Assembly (NCBI GenBank): GCA_051747585.1
Contig: JBNJGH010000021.1
Location: 9,243 to 42,737, forward strand
DNA: 33,495 nt
From: Candidatus Rifleibacteriota bacterium
GTDB taxonomy: Bacteria; Muiribacteriota; Ozemobacteria; Ozemobacterales; Ozemobacteraceae
Reading direction: 5' to 3'
Part shown: piece by piece, positions 10,096 through 19,092 of the stretch
Layout of the letters: every line of letters begins with the position of its first letter
Numbering within the stretch: the stretch's first letter is position 1
Program-made: the position numbers and the translations under genes
Notes under the pieces: model-generated
The model's input: the letters and a program-made list of their open reading frames with translations, nothing else
The model's database searches: none
Told to the model about the DNA's origin: nothing

Positions 10096-10130
10096 AAAAA
10101 AACCCGGGCTGAAAGCCCGGGCATTTTTTT
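10096..10130. terminator. Bidirectional intrinsic terminator between convergent genes
   Basis: A7-CCCGGGCT-GAA-AGCCCGGG-CA-T7. Confidence 0.85.
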
Positions 10131-10157
10131 GCACTAAAATCTAAACCAGCTCAGAGT

Positions 10158-11531
10158 TTATTTTTTTCTTTTGCGGGTAGTTTTCTTAGTTGATTTTTTG
10201 GCTGTCTTCTTCACAGATTTTTTAGTAAAATCTTCAATGATTTCAGCAATCGTAGGATCACCAATTTCCTGAAGCTCATAGCCAACTCTCATAACAGGCT
10301 TTTTAACCTTAACAACACGATTGATGTCGATTGGAGTAGCTGAGAGCACCATATCGCATTTGCAGGCATTAATGGTCGCCTGAAGATCAGCAACCTGTTT
10401 TTTGCCATAGCCAAGTGCAGGAATCAGATCGCCAATATGTGGATATTTTTCAAGTGTCTTAAGAATAGTACCTTTAAAGTAAGGTTTTGGATCAACTATT
10501 TCGCTTGCGCCATATTTGTGAGCTGCAACAATACCGGCACCTATGGTCATTTCACCATGAGTGAGGGTTGGGCCATCTTCAATAACCACAACTTTTTTAC
10601 CTTTAATCTTATCGCCACCTTCAACAAAGATCGGACTGGCGGCATCGATAATTTTTGCATCGGGATTCATTGCACGAATATTGTCGCGAACATAGTCAAC
10701 ATCGTCTGGATAGGCAGAATCAATTTTATTGATTACAACCACATCAGCGGTGTAAACATTTGCTTCACCCGGATGATAAGCCATCTCATGGCCTGGGCGA
10801 TGTGGGTCTGCCACAACAATTTTAAGATCGGCCTGGAAAAATGGTAGATCGTTGTTTCCGCCGTCCCATACAATTACGTCAGCTTCTTTTTCAGCTTCTT
10901 TTGCAATTGCTTCATAATCAACACCGGAATAAATTACGGCACCCATATCAATATGAGGTTCGTATTCTTCACGTTCTTCGATAGTGCAATTATGTTTAAC
11001 AAGATCTTTATAATCAGCAAATCGCTGACATTTTTGTTTTTTAAGATCACCGTAAGGCATTGGATGACGAATTGAAACCACTTTAAGGCCTTTAGCTTTG
11101 AGAGCTTTTACAACCGCGCGGGTGGTTTGTGATTTTCCACAACCTGTTCTTACAGCACAGATTGAAATTACAGGTTTTGCGCATTTAATGGCTGTGGGTT
11201 CGTAGCCAAGAAGTTTAAAGTCAGCCCCGGCAGCAATTATTCTGCTGGCATGATGCATTATATATTCATGCGGAACATCGCTGTATGAAAAAACAACCTC
11301 TTGAACATTATGTTTTTTAATTAACTCAAGAAGCTTTTCTTCGGGTTCTATTGGAATACCCTTGGAATAACCTTTACCCGCAAGTTCTTTTGGGTATTTG
11401 CGTCCTTCGATGTCAGGTATCTGTGTCGCAGTAAATGCCACTACCTTATAATCAGGATTGTTCCTGTAGACCATGTTAAAGTTGTGAAAATCGCGCCCGG
11501 CAGCGCCCATGATGATGGTATTAATTGCCAT
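10158..11531 (-). CDS. COG2403 P-loop protein (often labelled GTPase or cyclic 2,3-diphosphoglycerate synthetase family); probable arginine synthetase ArcE type
   Basis: GAAGRDFHNFN, FTATQIP, P-loop AVRTGCGKSQT, RHPM, CTIEEREEYE, WDGGNND, EDGPTLTHG; Lys-rich C-terminal tail. Confidence 0.8.
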   Translation of the reverse strand: MAINTIIMGAAGRDFHNFNMVYRNNPDYKVVAFTATQIPDIEGRKYPKELAGKGYSKGIPIEPEEKLLELIKKHNVQEVVFSYSDVPHEYIMHHASRIIAAGADFKLLGYEPTAIKCAKPVISICAVRTGCGKSQTTRAVVKALKAKGLKVVSIRHPMPYGDLKKQKCQRFADYKDLVKHNCTIEEREEYEPHIDMGAVIYSGVDYEAIAKEAEKEADVIVWDGGNNDLPFFQADLKIVVADPHRPGHEMAYHPGEANVYTADVVVINKIDSAYPDDVDYVRDNIRAMNPDAKIIDAASPIFVEGGDKIKGKKVVVIEDGPTLTHGEMTIGAGIVAAHKYGASEIVDPKPYFKGTILKTLEKYPHIGDLIPALGYGKKQVADLQATINACKCDMVLSATPIDINRVVKVKKPVMRVGYELQEIGDPTIAEIIEDFTKKSVKKTAKKSTKKTTRKRKK

Positions 11532-11592
11532 ACAACATCCTTTCCGTATATAAATTTTTCCTGACTTATAAAGTCGGGTTTATTTCGTTTAG

Positions 11593-11826
11593 TTAATCTC
11601 CACAGGTAGAACAGCTTCCACCTGAACAGCTGGAGCATGAAGAACCGCTCCCGTTAAAATCAAATTGTGGTCTGTCTGAATTAGATGTAGCAAAAGATGA
11701 CATTTTCTTGATTACTTTTTTTTCAGAACAATTGACACAGGCGATTTCGCTCAGGTCGGTATTTAAAGAGCACAACTTATCAAAGCTTTTTCCGCAGTTT
11801 TTGCATACAAATTCATAAATTGGCAT
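11593..11826 (-). CDS. FmdB-family zinc ribbon protein
   Basis: MPIYEFVCKNCG...CVNC and C-terminal CSSCSGGSCSTC; AAGGAG RBS. Confidence 0.9.
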   Translation of the reverse strand: MPIYEFVCKNCGKSFDKLCSLNTDLSEIACVNCSEKKVIKKMSSFATSNSDRPQFDFNGSGSSCSSCSGGSCSTCGD

Positions 11827-11889
11827 TCTTACTTTCTCCTTCTCAGCCCTTACAAGGCTTTAAAAAGACGCTTTGATTTTATATCAGGA

Positions 11890-11918
11890 ATCCTATCACA
11901 GGGTTTGCAGTCCGTCAA
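11890..11918 (-). promoter_or_regulatory. Probable sigma-70 promoter for the FmdB / COG2403 genes
   Basis: Minus strand TTGACG-N17-TAGGAT with an extended -10 TG. Confidence 0.6.
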
Positions 11919-11965
11919 TGTACATAACAAATAAATAACCCGGCATTGAAAGCCTGCCCAAAAAA

Positions 11966-13489
11966 CTATAAGTCATATTTGTCTATTTTTGATCTTAAAG
12001 TGTTTCGAGTGATTCCAAGAAAATTGGCTGTCTGCACCTGATTCCACTTATGTTTCTCGAGAGTCTGGCGCAACAATTCTTTTTCGACCAGTTCCATAAC
12101 CTCGGCATAGGCAGCACCTCCTGTGCTTCTGACAAGACAATTTGAAACAATCTGGTTAACTGCTTCATCGGTTGATATTTCGATACTGCCATTACCAATT
12201 ACGTCTTTGCCACTCTCTCCTTTTGCGCCGTTTTGCGAGCCGGTTTCTCCCATGATACTTATGGCGGGCAAAGAAGCCGGTTCGGTTCCTCCATTTTTTT
12301 CAGCATCTTCATCGGGAATTCCCTTCAGCTTAACCTCTACAGGAAGATGCTCAGGTAGAATAACCTGGTCGCGGCTTAAAGTATATGACTGTTCGATTGA
12401 ATTTCTTAATTCACGCACATTCCCGGGCCACTTATAAGCTGAGAGTACAGCAATAGCTTCATCAGAAAGGCTCTTAGGGCTTCCTTTGCGTTGAGCTGCA
12501 AGCAGAGAACAAAAATATTTTGCCAGCAGCGGAATGTCTTCTGGTCTATCTCTGAGAGGTGGGAGCTTAATTTCTATAACTTTGATTCTATGATAAAGAT
12601 CTTGTCTGAAACGGTTATCTTTAATCAGCGTTCTCAAATCTTTGTTGGTTGCAGCAACCAGCCTGACATCAACTTTAACTCTACGATTTCCACCGACCCT
12701 GACAATTTCCCTTTCCTCGAGAACACGTAACAGTTTGGCCTGCATTTCAAGATTCATATCGCCAATCTCATCGAGAAAAATAGTTCCGCCCTGTGCCAAC
12801 TCGAACATCCCTGGTTTGGCCGAATTTGCGCCGGTGAAAGCCCCTTTTTCGTAACCAAAAAGTTCTGATTCCATCAAACTTTCGTTAATAGCGGTGCAAT
12901 TAATGGCCCAGAACGGCTTTGAAGACCGGCCGGAATTGTAATGTATTGCCTGAGCAACCAATTCTTTGCCAGAACCTGATTCACCGGTAATTAAAACGGT
13001 TACATCTTCTTCAGAAACTTTACCGATTAATTTGTAAACTTCCTGCATAGCAGGGCTGTTGCCTTTCAGAGCACTTGATTTTGGTGCCTGAGTAGCAATT
13101 TCGGCCTCTACTTTGGATTTTTTTGTATTTAGCCCCCTTGAAATAAGCAATAAGCACTCATCAATATTGAAAGGTTTGCTTAAAAAGTCATAAGCCCCCA
13201 ACTTCATTGCGGTAATTGTCGTCTCCATATCTGTGTATGCGGTCATAACAATTACCTGTGCATCAGTATCAATTTCTCTAATTTTCTTAAGAACCTGCAG
13301 GCCGTCCATTTCCGGCATACGAATATCAACCAGCGTAATGTCCGGAGCAAAGGACTCAAATAGCTTCAACCCTTTTATTCCATTTTCGGCGAGGCTTACT
13401 TCATAACCGGCTTTCTGCAATGCTTTTTCGAAAGCCCAACGAACGCTGTGTTCATCATCTATTACAAGTATTCTTGCATTTCCGGTCAT
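11966..13489 (-). CDS. Sigma-54-dependent response regulator (NtrC/AtoC family: REC, AAA+, Fis HTH)
   Basis: LVIDDE, phospho-acceptor VDIRMP, GESGSGKE, ESELFGYEKGAFTGA, FLDEIG, WPGNVREL, HTH NQVQTANFLGITRNTL. Confidence 0.95.
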   Translation of the reverse strand: MTGNARILVIDDEHSVRWAFEKALQKAGYEVSLAENGIKGLKLFESFAPDITLVDIRMPEMDGLQVLKKIREIDTDAQVIVMTAYTDMETTITAMKLGAYDFLSKPFNIDECLLLISRGLNTKKSKVEAEIATQAPKSSALKGNSPAMQEVYKLIGKVSEEDVTVLITGESGSGKELVAQAIHYNSGRSSKPFWAINCTAINESLMESELFGYEKGAFTGANSAKPGMFELAQGGTIFLDEIGDMNLEMQAKLLRVLEEREIVRVGGNRRVKVDVRLVAATNKDLRTLIKDNRFRQDLYHRIKVIEIKLPPLRDRPEDIPLLAKYFCSLLAAQRKGSPKSLSDEAIAVLSAYKWPGNVRELRNSIEQSYTLSRDQVILPEHLPVEVKLKGIPDEDAEKNGGTEPASLPAISIMGETGSQNGAKGESGKDVIGNGSIEISTDEAVNQIVSNCLVRSTGGAAYAEVMELVEKELLRQTLEKHKWNQVQTANFLGITRNTLRSKIDKYDL

Positions 13490-13508
13490 TTTTTTCTCCC
13501 TGTATTTT

Positions 13509-14447
13509 TTACTTTGGCTCCAACTCTTTCGGTTGTTTATTTTTTAATTGCTTTTTATCTCTAACTTCAAGAGGATCCATGATTTTATCTGCAAAAAGAA
13601 CCAGAACTCTACACCCGGGGTTTATTCTTTCAAGTCCTGATTTTATATGGGTTCTGATTAATTCACGATTGTAACGCAACGAAGTATGAAATAGAAGTAA
13701 ATTTTCTACTTTTGCCTCTTTGGCAGTTTGTAAAACTTCATCCAGATATGAATGCTGCTGAAAATTTCGTTCATCATCTTCAACACTGAAATAAGTGCAT
13801 TCGTGGCATAAAAAAAGACTCCCGGCTATTTTTTTCGGATTTATAGGTCTTGAATCTCCGCCATAAGTAAAAATGATTTGCTCGACATCTTCGGCGACTT
13901 CATCTTTACCTTTATCCCAGATGGCTTGATTAATTTCATTCTGAGACAAGCCATGATATTTTTCTTTTAATTTTCTTCTTATTTCAACAATGTTATAGCC
14001 CAGACTTAGTTGCCGATTTGAATGACGAGTCTTAAATGTTCTTAAAAATATTCGCCCCTTTTGATCTTCCAGATTGATTTCTTCGTTTTCATGAAGCGGA
14101 ATCCACTCTAATTTAAAAGAAAGATCATTCTGGGTTCGAGCTAAATATTCTCTGATCAAATCGATTAACCTGTTGTTATCAGGAAAATAAATTTTTAATG
14201 TTGCGTTCTGGTTACCTGCGCCAAGATTTCTTATATTCAAGAGATTAACGAGACCGGCTATATGATCTGCGTGACCATGTGACAGAAAAATTCTTCTTAT
14301 TCCAAAAACACTGTTATATAAAGAGCTGGCAACTCCCTCTCCTGCATCGAACAAAATATTGAATCTACGGTGATATAACCAGGTTGAGAAAAGAGCTCTG
14401 GAAAAGCCGCGAAGCTGTTCTTTTAATGGTATTTGTGCGGTTGACAT
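13509..14447 (-). CDS. rnz: Ribonuclease Z, Thermotoga (TM) type, metallo-beta-lactamase fold
   Basis: GFSRALFSTW, FDAGEG, SHGHADH, exosite RRKLKEKYHGL, YGGD, HECT, QHS, FHTSLRY. Confidence 0.82.
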   Translation of the reverse strand: MSTAQIPLKEQLRGFSRALFSTWLYHRRFNILFDAGEGVASSLYNSVFGIRRIFLSHGHADHIAGLVNLLNIRNLGAGNQNATLKIYFPDNNRLIDLIREYLARTQNDLSFKLEWIPLHENEEINLEDQKGRIFLRTFKTRHSNRQLSLGYNIVEIRRKLKEKYHGLSQNEINQAIWDKGKDEVAEDVEQIIFTYGGDSRPINPKKIAGSLFLCHECTYFSVEDDERNFQQHSYLDEVLQTAKEAKVENLLLFHTSLRYNRELIRTHIKSGLERINPGCRVLVLFADKIMDPLEVRDKKQLKNKQPKELEPK

Positions 14448-14562
14448 TATTTAACCCTTCCAGAAAAAATTACGATCTTAAAAGCCGATGTAATTTAACA
14501 TATTTAGAGCCTTTGCTGCCATTACAATTTTGTTCTCTTAGATTTTATGTACAGATGTAAGC

Positions 14563-14591
14563 TTGACATGGGATTATTGCGGCTCTATAAT
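14563..14591 (+). promoter_or_regulatory. Consensus sigma-70 promoter for psd-pssA
   Basis: Perfect TTGACA-N17-TATAAT, 30 bp upstream of the psd ATG; GGGAGA RBS follows. Confidence 0.9.
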
Positions 14592-14621
14592 GGCTAGACT
14601 CAATCTTGCGGGAGATATCTT

Positions 14622-15254
14622 ATGCGTAGTCCGATCCACAGAGAAGGCTTTTTTATCGCCGGAGCTCTGTTTATAACAGGTTTTATTTCTTCAGTTATTT
14701 CTAAATGGCTTGGCAGGCTTTTTTATCTCGGCACTGCCTTCACTCTTTATTTTTTCCGTGATCCTGAAAGAAAAATTCCTGAAGGAGACAACCTAATTGT
14801 ATCGCCTGCAGATGGAAAAATTGTAGGGGTTGATTCAGTCGAACACGCTCCTTTCATAGATGGTCCTGCTAAACGTATAAGCATATTTCTTTCTATTTTT
14901 GATGTGCACATTAACCGAGCACCAATTAAAGGAAAAATTTCATATCGCCATTACACTCCCGGCGAATTTTTACCGGCTTTTGAACCCAAAGCTTCTGAAA
15001 AGAACGAACAAAATGCTATTGGCATTGAGGATTCTAAAGGCTACCGGGTTATGGTAAAGCAAATTGCCGGTATAATAGCCCGAAGAATAGTTTGTTGGAA
15101 AAATCCCGGTAATGAAGTCGCAAGAGGCGAACGCTTTGGCCTCATTAGATTTGGCTCAAAAACCGACATATTTTTGCCATTAAACGCAAATATAGTGGTC
15201 AAACCGGGCCAAAAAGTTAAAGGCGGCAATACCGTAATTGCCAGAAGGGCGTGA
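14622..15254 (+). CDS. psd: Phosphatidylserine decarboxylase proenzyme (short type)
   Basis: FFRDPER, SPADG, DVHINRAP, QIAGIIARRI, and the GLIRFGS autocleavage motif. Confidence 0.95.
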   Translation: MRSPIHREGFFIAGALFITGFISSVISKWLGRLFYLGTAFTLYFFRDPERKIPEGDNLIVSPADGKIVGVDSVEHAPFIDGPAKRISIFLSIFDVHINRAPIKGKISYRHYTPGEFLPAFEPKASEKNEQNAIGIEDSKGYRVMVKQIAGIIARRIVCWKNPGNEVARGERFGLIRFGSKTDIFLPLNANIVVKPGQKVKGGNTVIARRA

Positions 15255-16087
15255 GGATGACGCAACAGCAGGCACCCAACAATTCAGAAGAACAGAAAGA
15301 AATCACAGAACAAAACAAAAAGAAAACAAATAAACGTAGATTATCGCACAAACATCTTTCTATTTTACCTAACGCCTGTACCTCAATGAACCTTTTTTGC
15401 GGTTATCTTGCAATAACCCTGACATCACAAGCCGAATATCTTGTAGCCGGATGGCTTATAATTGCAGCTAATATTTTTGACATTCTCGATGGCCGCCTTG
15501 CCAGATTGACATCTGTTTCTTCAAGGTTTGGCGCTGAACTTGATTCATTAGCCGACCTTGTAAGCTTTGGCGTTGCCCCTGCCTTTCTAGTGTATTCGAG
15601 ATACCTCGAAAACCAGAAAATGCTGGGTATTATAGTTACCGGTATCTTTGTGCTCTGTGGCGCATTGAGACTAGCAAGATTCAACGTAACCCCTCACTCA
15701 AAGCAGGATGTCTTTGAAGGGCTTCCGATTCCCGCAGGAGCAGGTATATTGGCTACGCTTACTATTTTTGAATTGCAGTTTATCAATTTTCTTAAAATAC
15801 CAAACTACGTTATCCCTTTTGTAGTAATTTTAACTGCGTATCTAATGGTAAGTAAGGTTGAGTACCCTGCCATGAAAAAGACACCAAAAACCAGCAAGAA
15901 AAGAAAGCTTATGGTTTTACTTGTTTTACTGGCTCTTTTTATTAATCCCCCGATAACATTGTTTTTTATTACCTGGGGTTTTGCCACTTACGGCATTACT
16001 TTCAGCTTTCTTAAAAAGATTCTGACATTGATGAGAAAAATCAGAAGAAAAGAAAAAGAAGCCGACCAGACATCAGCTTCTTCTTAA
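15251..16087 (+). CDS. pssA: CDP-diacylglycerol--serine O-phosphatidyltransferase
   Basis: PN..TSMNLFCG, DILDGRLAR...FGAELDSLADLVSFGVAPA, ALRLARFN, FEGLPIP; overlaps the psd stop (GTGA); alternative ATG at 15257. Confidence 0.95.
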   Translation: MRMTQQQAPNNSEEQKEITEQNKKKTNKRRLSHKHLSILPNACTSMNLFCGYLAITLTSQAEYLVAGWLIIAANIFDILDGRLARLTSVSSRFGAELDSLADLVSFGVAPAFLVYSRYLENQKMLGIIVTGIFVLCGALRLARFNVTPHSKQDVFEGLPIPAGAGILATLTIFELQFINFLKIPNYVIPFVVILTAYLMVSKVEYPAMKKTPKTSKKRKLMVLLVLLALFINPPITLFFITWGFATYGITFSFLKKILTLMRKIRRKEKEADQTSASS

Positions 16088-16121
16088 TACCATTTTAAGT
16101 TTTAATAAAAACTTTTTATTA

Positions 16122-16781
16122 TTAATCGAAATCTACGCTTGCTTCTACAATTTCAATTTCATCAAGTATTGGCAATCCATTTTTATCAAATTCTATAATT
16201 CCTCTAAGATGTAGAATTGTTCCAGTCGGATAAAGTTTGGGCAATCTACCGAGTTTTATGACACCGGTTGGATCAGCCAACAGGTAAGTTCTCATTCCGT
16301 CATGCTCATAACCCTTGGCAAGAACGCCTGTAAGCCCTACATATTTTCCTTCAACATTAAGAGGATTAAATAATATCTGGCTAACTGAAACCATTTGCTC
16401 GATCTTGAGATCGAGTGGTTTAATTTCTTCTACCTGAAGATAGGGTCGTTTATTTTTAACTCTTACGCGAGCCAGTATCGTAATCGGCTTGCCAAGAGAA
16501 GAGCCGGACATGGGATCGAAAAACTGAGGTAATTTGCCGGTGCAATAGATTGAATTTTCTTCTTTATCACGAAGAACCCAGTCTGATCTAGTCACCGGCG
16601 GATAACCCGGCGCTTTTTTCCAGCCAAAATAATTACCCTTAACAGTAACAAAGTCGTCAGAATACTTTTCGGGTTCATCGAGAATATGTTTAATCGATGT
16701 AAAAGCTTCTGCCTCAGCGCCAAGAGTAATTTGCAAAAATATAGAAAGAATTATAAAAAAGTAAAATTTATTCTTTTTCAT
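16122..16781 (-). CDS. Secreted protein with two probable OB-fold-like domains
   Basis: Start re-assigned to the ATG at 16781 (MKKNKFYFF...AEAEA signal peptide) because the longer ORF overlaps YkvA; two similar units (SIKHILDEP..VTVKG and SVSQILFNP..VGLTG). Confidence 0.65.
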   Translation of the reverse strand: MKKNKFYFFIILSIFLQITLGAEAEAFTSIKHILDEPEKYSDDFVTVKGNYFGWKKAPGYPPVTRSDWVLRDKEENSIYCTGKLPQFFDPMSGSSLGKPITILARVRVKNKRPYLQVEEIKPLDLKIEQMVSVSQILFNPLNVEGKYVGLTGVLAKGYEHDGMRTYLLADPTGVIKLGRLPKLYPTGTILHLRGIIEFDKNGLPILDEIEIVEASVDFD

Positions 16782-17217
16782 CCTCGAAATCTCCCAAATC
16801 TTTATATTTTTCCGTAATTTGTTCTGCAAGCTGCGGAAGATCACAAACATAGCGCTTGCCGAGCTTACGAACAGTGTCAATTGAAAAAGTCTGATTACCA
16901 TACATAAGTCCAGAATTTTTTTCGATAAATTTAATGTCTTCAAGCACTTCATCAGGGTTACAAACCCCGGAAATCGGTGCACCCGACGACAAAAAATGTT
17001 TTGAGGCTTCAACAAAAACCATTAGATCATCGAGAAACCCTATATTGGGAACATCGTCGGGAATGAGATCGCTATCATCTTTAAGATAAGCAAAAGTTCC
17101 GGCAACTATTTCTTTGCGCTCCTGGGTCAGGTGAGAATAACCGGCATATCTTATGAAACGATGTATATAGCGCTTCAACTTGCTTTCAATCTGCTCTTTC
17201 AAACTATTGGCGCTCAA
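16768..17217 (-). CDS. YkvA / DUF1232 family protein
   Basis: YLKDDSDLIPDDVPNIGFLDDL motif; TTG start with an AAGGAGAGG RBS. Confidence 0.8.
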   Translation of the reverse strand: MSANSLKEQIESKLKRYIHRFIRYAGYSHLTQERKEIVAGTFAYLKDDSDLIPDDVPNIGFLDDLMVFVEASKHFLSSGAPISGVCNPDEVLEDIKFIEKNSGLMYGNQTFSIDTVRKLGKRYVCDLPQLAEQITEKYKDLGDFEDEKE

Positions 17218-17295
17218 TTTACCTCTCCTTTGAAAACTGGATTATAAGCTAGATTACCATAATTTAACCCGACCTGCAAAAGCTATAATATATCA

Positions 17296-19083
17296 TCAGT
17301 TATTGATAAGAGTGAGAATTTGGTACCAGGAAGTTTCCTGTGCAAATTTATAATAATAATATTTTAAATGTTCAGCAGAGTTATAATAGTTATCGAAAGC
17401 TGTTTTGTCGGGGAACCCAATTGAAAGCCCGTTAGCATCGGGAAAATAATAACTGGAGTTATAATTTACTTTAATTGTTTCAGCCAATGCCGCCAAAGCT
17501 GAATCTATATCTAACTTTGCTGCAGGAAAAGCATTTCGGCTTTCTTTAAGAAAATCGACAATATCACGATAGTCAGTTTGTTCAAAAGCCTGAATTACAT
17601 ATTCTATCTTTGAATTGTTGTTTTCTTCTTCATCATCGACTGAAGCCGTCTGGTGATCTCTTAGTGATGCCAGGACCGTTCCGGTGTTACCAATGTCCGC
17701 CAACAAACGGGCAAAAAAAGCTTCAAGCTTGTTTACTGCTGCATCGAGATTTGCCGTATCAATCATAGAAACGGTTACAGCCCCTTCAGTAGTTCCGTCT
17801 AAATACAAATCTCTATATTGTTGGCAAAATATTTTGCCCAGACTTTCTGCGCTTGATTCAGCGGTGTTTGTCTGTTCTATTTCATTTAAAATCTGATCAT
17901 GGGGAAAACCATTGCCGGGCACAAAAGCCTGAGAAAAAACAAGATACTCGGCGCAATCTTTAAATTCCCAGGCTATTTCTATTAATCCCATATTACAGGC
18001 ATCAAACACCAGAAGTTCCAGAGGTCTTATAAAACCGTCGAACTGTTTGTTAGCTCCGTTAATCCATGCTGCTATTTCGACCGGATTACCTCTGGTCTGA
18101 GAGGTGTCATCTGTTATTAGAGAAGCACGCAGATCATTTGCCTGTTTCCAGCCATCTGCGTGGGAACTGATAATCAGGGCATATTTTGCCGCAGGAAAAG
18201 CGCGGCGACTGAAGGCGACAAAATCGGCCACAACAGCTGCAGAACTTGAATCAATATCCTGCATGGCACCAAGCTCGAGCCAGTCATCTTTCTGCAAAAC
18301 CAGTCTTTTCATTCCATCTATCGGAAAGTCTGCTTGAACCAGAATCTCGCCCCCTTCAGGAGCTCCTGCTTCTTTTATACGGGCAAGATTGGAATTAAGA
18401 TAATTTGATAAATCGTTATCGCCGGCAATATAGTACATCAATACAAGTTGAGCCGGGATAACCCCCGATTCGCCCTGGTTTAAAGATTCTGCCTTTGCAG
18501 TATAGGCAGCCTTGATTTCTTCTACCTGATCAAGAGTTGTGTTGTTAAGTTTGTCTGGCCGGCTTTCTAAAACATTGGCAATGGCTTTTACTGTTTCATC
18601 GATATGATTAGCCTTGAGTGCCTGTGGGTCGATTCTGCGCCCGTATCGGTCGCGCAAGCACCTTGCAATCAAAGATCTGGCTGTAGACCTTATAGAAATC
18701 TCGATTGGGAATTCAGAATACAAACCATCTGAATCAGCAGCCATAAATTCGAGCACCAAACCGGACACTTCTGAATGTTTTGCAAAAACTACAAACTGCT
18801 GCCTTATGCTAACAGGCTCAAAGCTGAAGCGGCCCTCTTCGTCCGCTGTAGTCGTTACCTGATCTTGATCTTGAATTTCCAGGTCAAAGGGGCGGTAATC
18901 GAGATTAGTTGTTCCAAATAATTCCGGGCTGATTGCCACATCAGAAAGATTAATCGATCCAACGATTGTCAGGCTGTCAGGAAATGGATAATCATAAACC
19001 ATCGTTGGCCCTGACTCACCTGAACAACCGATGAAGGTCATTGCAATCAACAAGGCTGCAATAACAGCTTTATAGCCCTTCAT
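17296..19083 (-). CDS. Clostripain-family (peptidase C11) lipoprotein
   Basis: Lipobox FIGC; MYYIAGDNDL, FPAAKYALIISSHADGW (catalytic His), FDACNM (catalytic Cys), GLSIGFP. Confidence 0.85.
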   Translation of the reverse strand: MKGYKAVIAALLIAMTFIGCSGESGPTMVYDYPFPDSLTIVGSINLSDVAISPELFGTTNLDYRPFDLEIQDQDQVTTTADEEGRFSFEPVSIRQQFVVFAKHSEVSGLVLEFMAADSDGLYSEFPIEISIRSTARSLIARCLRDRYGRRIDPQALKANHIDETVKAIANVLESRPDKLNNTTLDQVEEIKAAYTAKAESLNQGESGVIPAQLVLMYYIAGDNDLSNYLNSNLARIKEAGAPEGGEILVQADFPIDGMKRLVLQKDDWLELGAMQDIDSSSAAVVADFVAFSRRAFPAAKYALIISSHADGWKQANDLRASLITDDTSQTRGNPVEIAAWINGANKQFDGFIRPLELLVFDACNMGLIEIAWEFKDCAEYLVFSQAFVPGNGFPHDQILNEIEQTNTAESSAESLGKIFCQQYRDLYLDGTTEGAVTVSMIDTANLDAAVNKLEAFFARLLADIGNTGTVLASLRDHQTASVDDEEENNNSKIEYVIQAFEQTDYRDIVDFLKESRNAFPAAKLDIDSALAALAETIKVNYNSSYYFPDANGLSIGFPDKTAFDNYYNSAEHLKYYYYKFAQETSWYQILTLINN

Positions 19084-19092
19084 GATAAAAAT

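Noticed and set aside
16103..16121. Palindrome TAATAAAAA-C-TTTTTATTA between convergent genes
   Set aside because: The stem is A/T-only with a 1-nt centre; too weak to call a terminator and likely by chance in AT-rich DNA.
16782..17015. N-terminal extension of the 297-aa ORF 16122-17015
   Set aside because: It overlaps YkvA in another frame; the signal peptide begins at the ATG at 16781.
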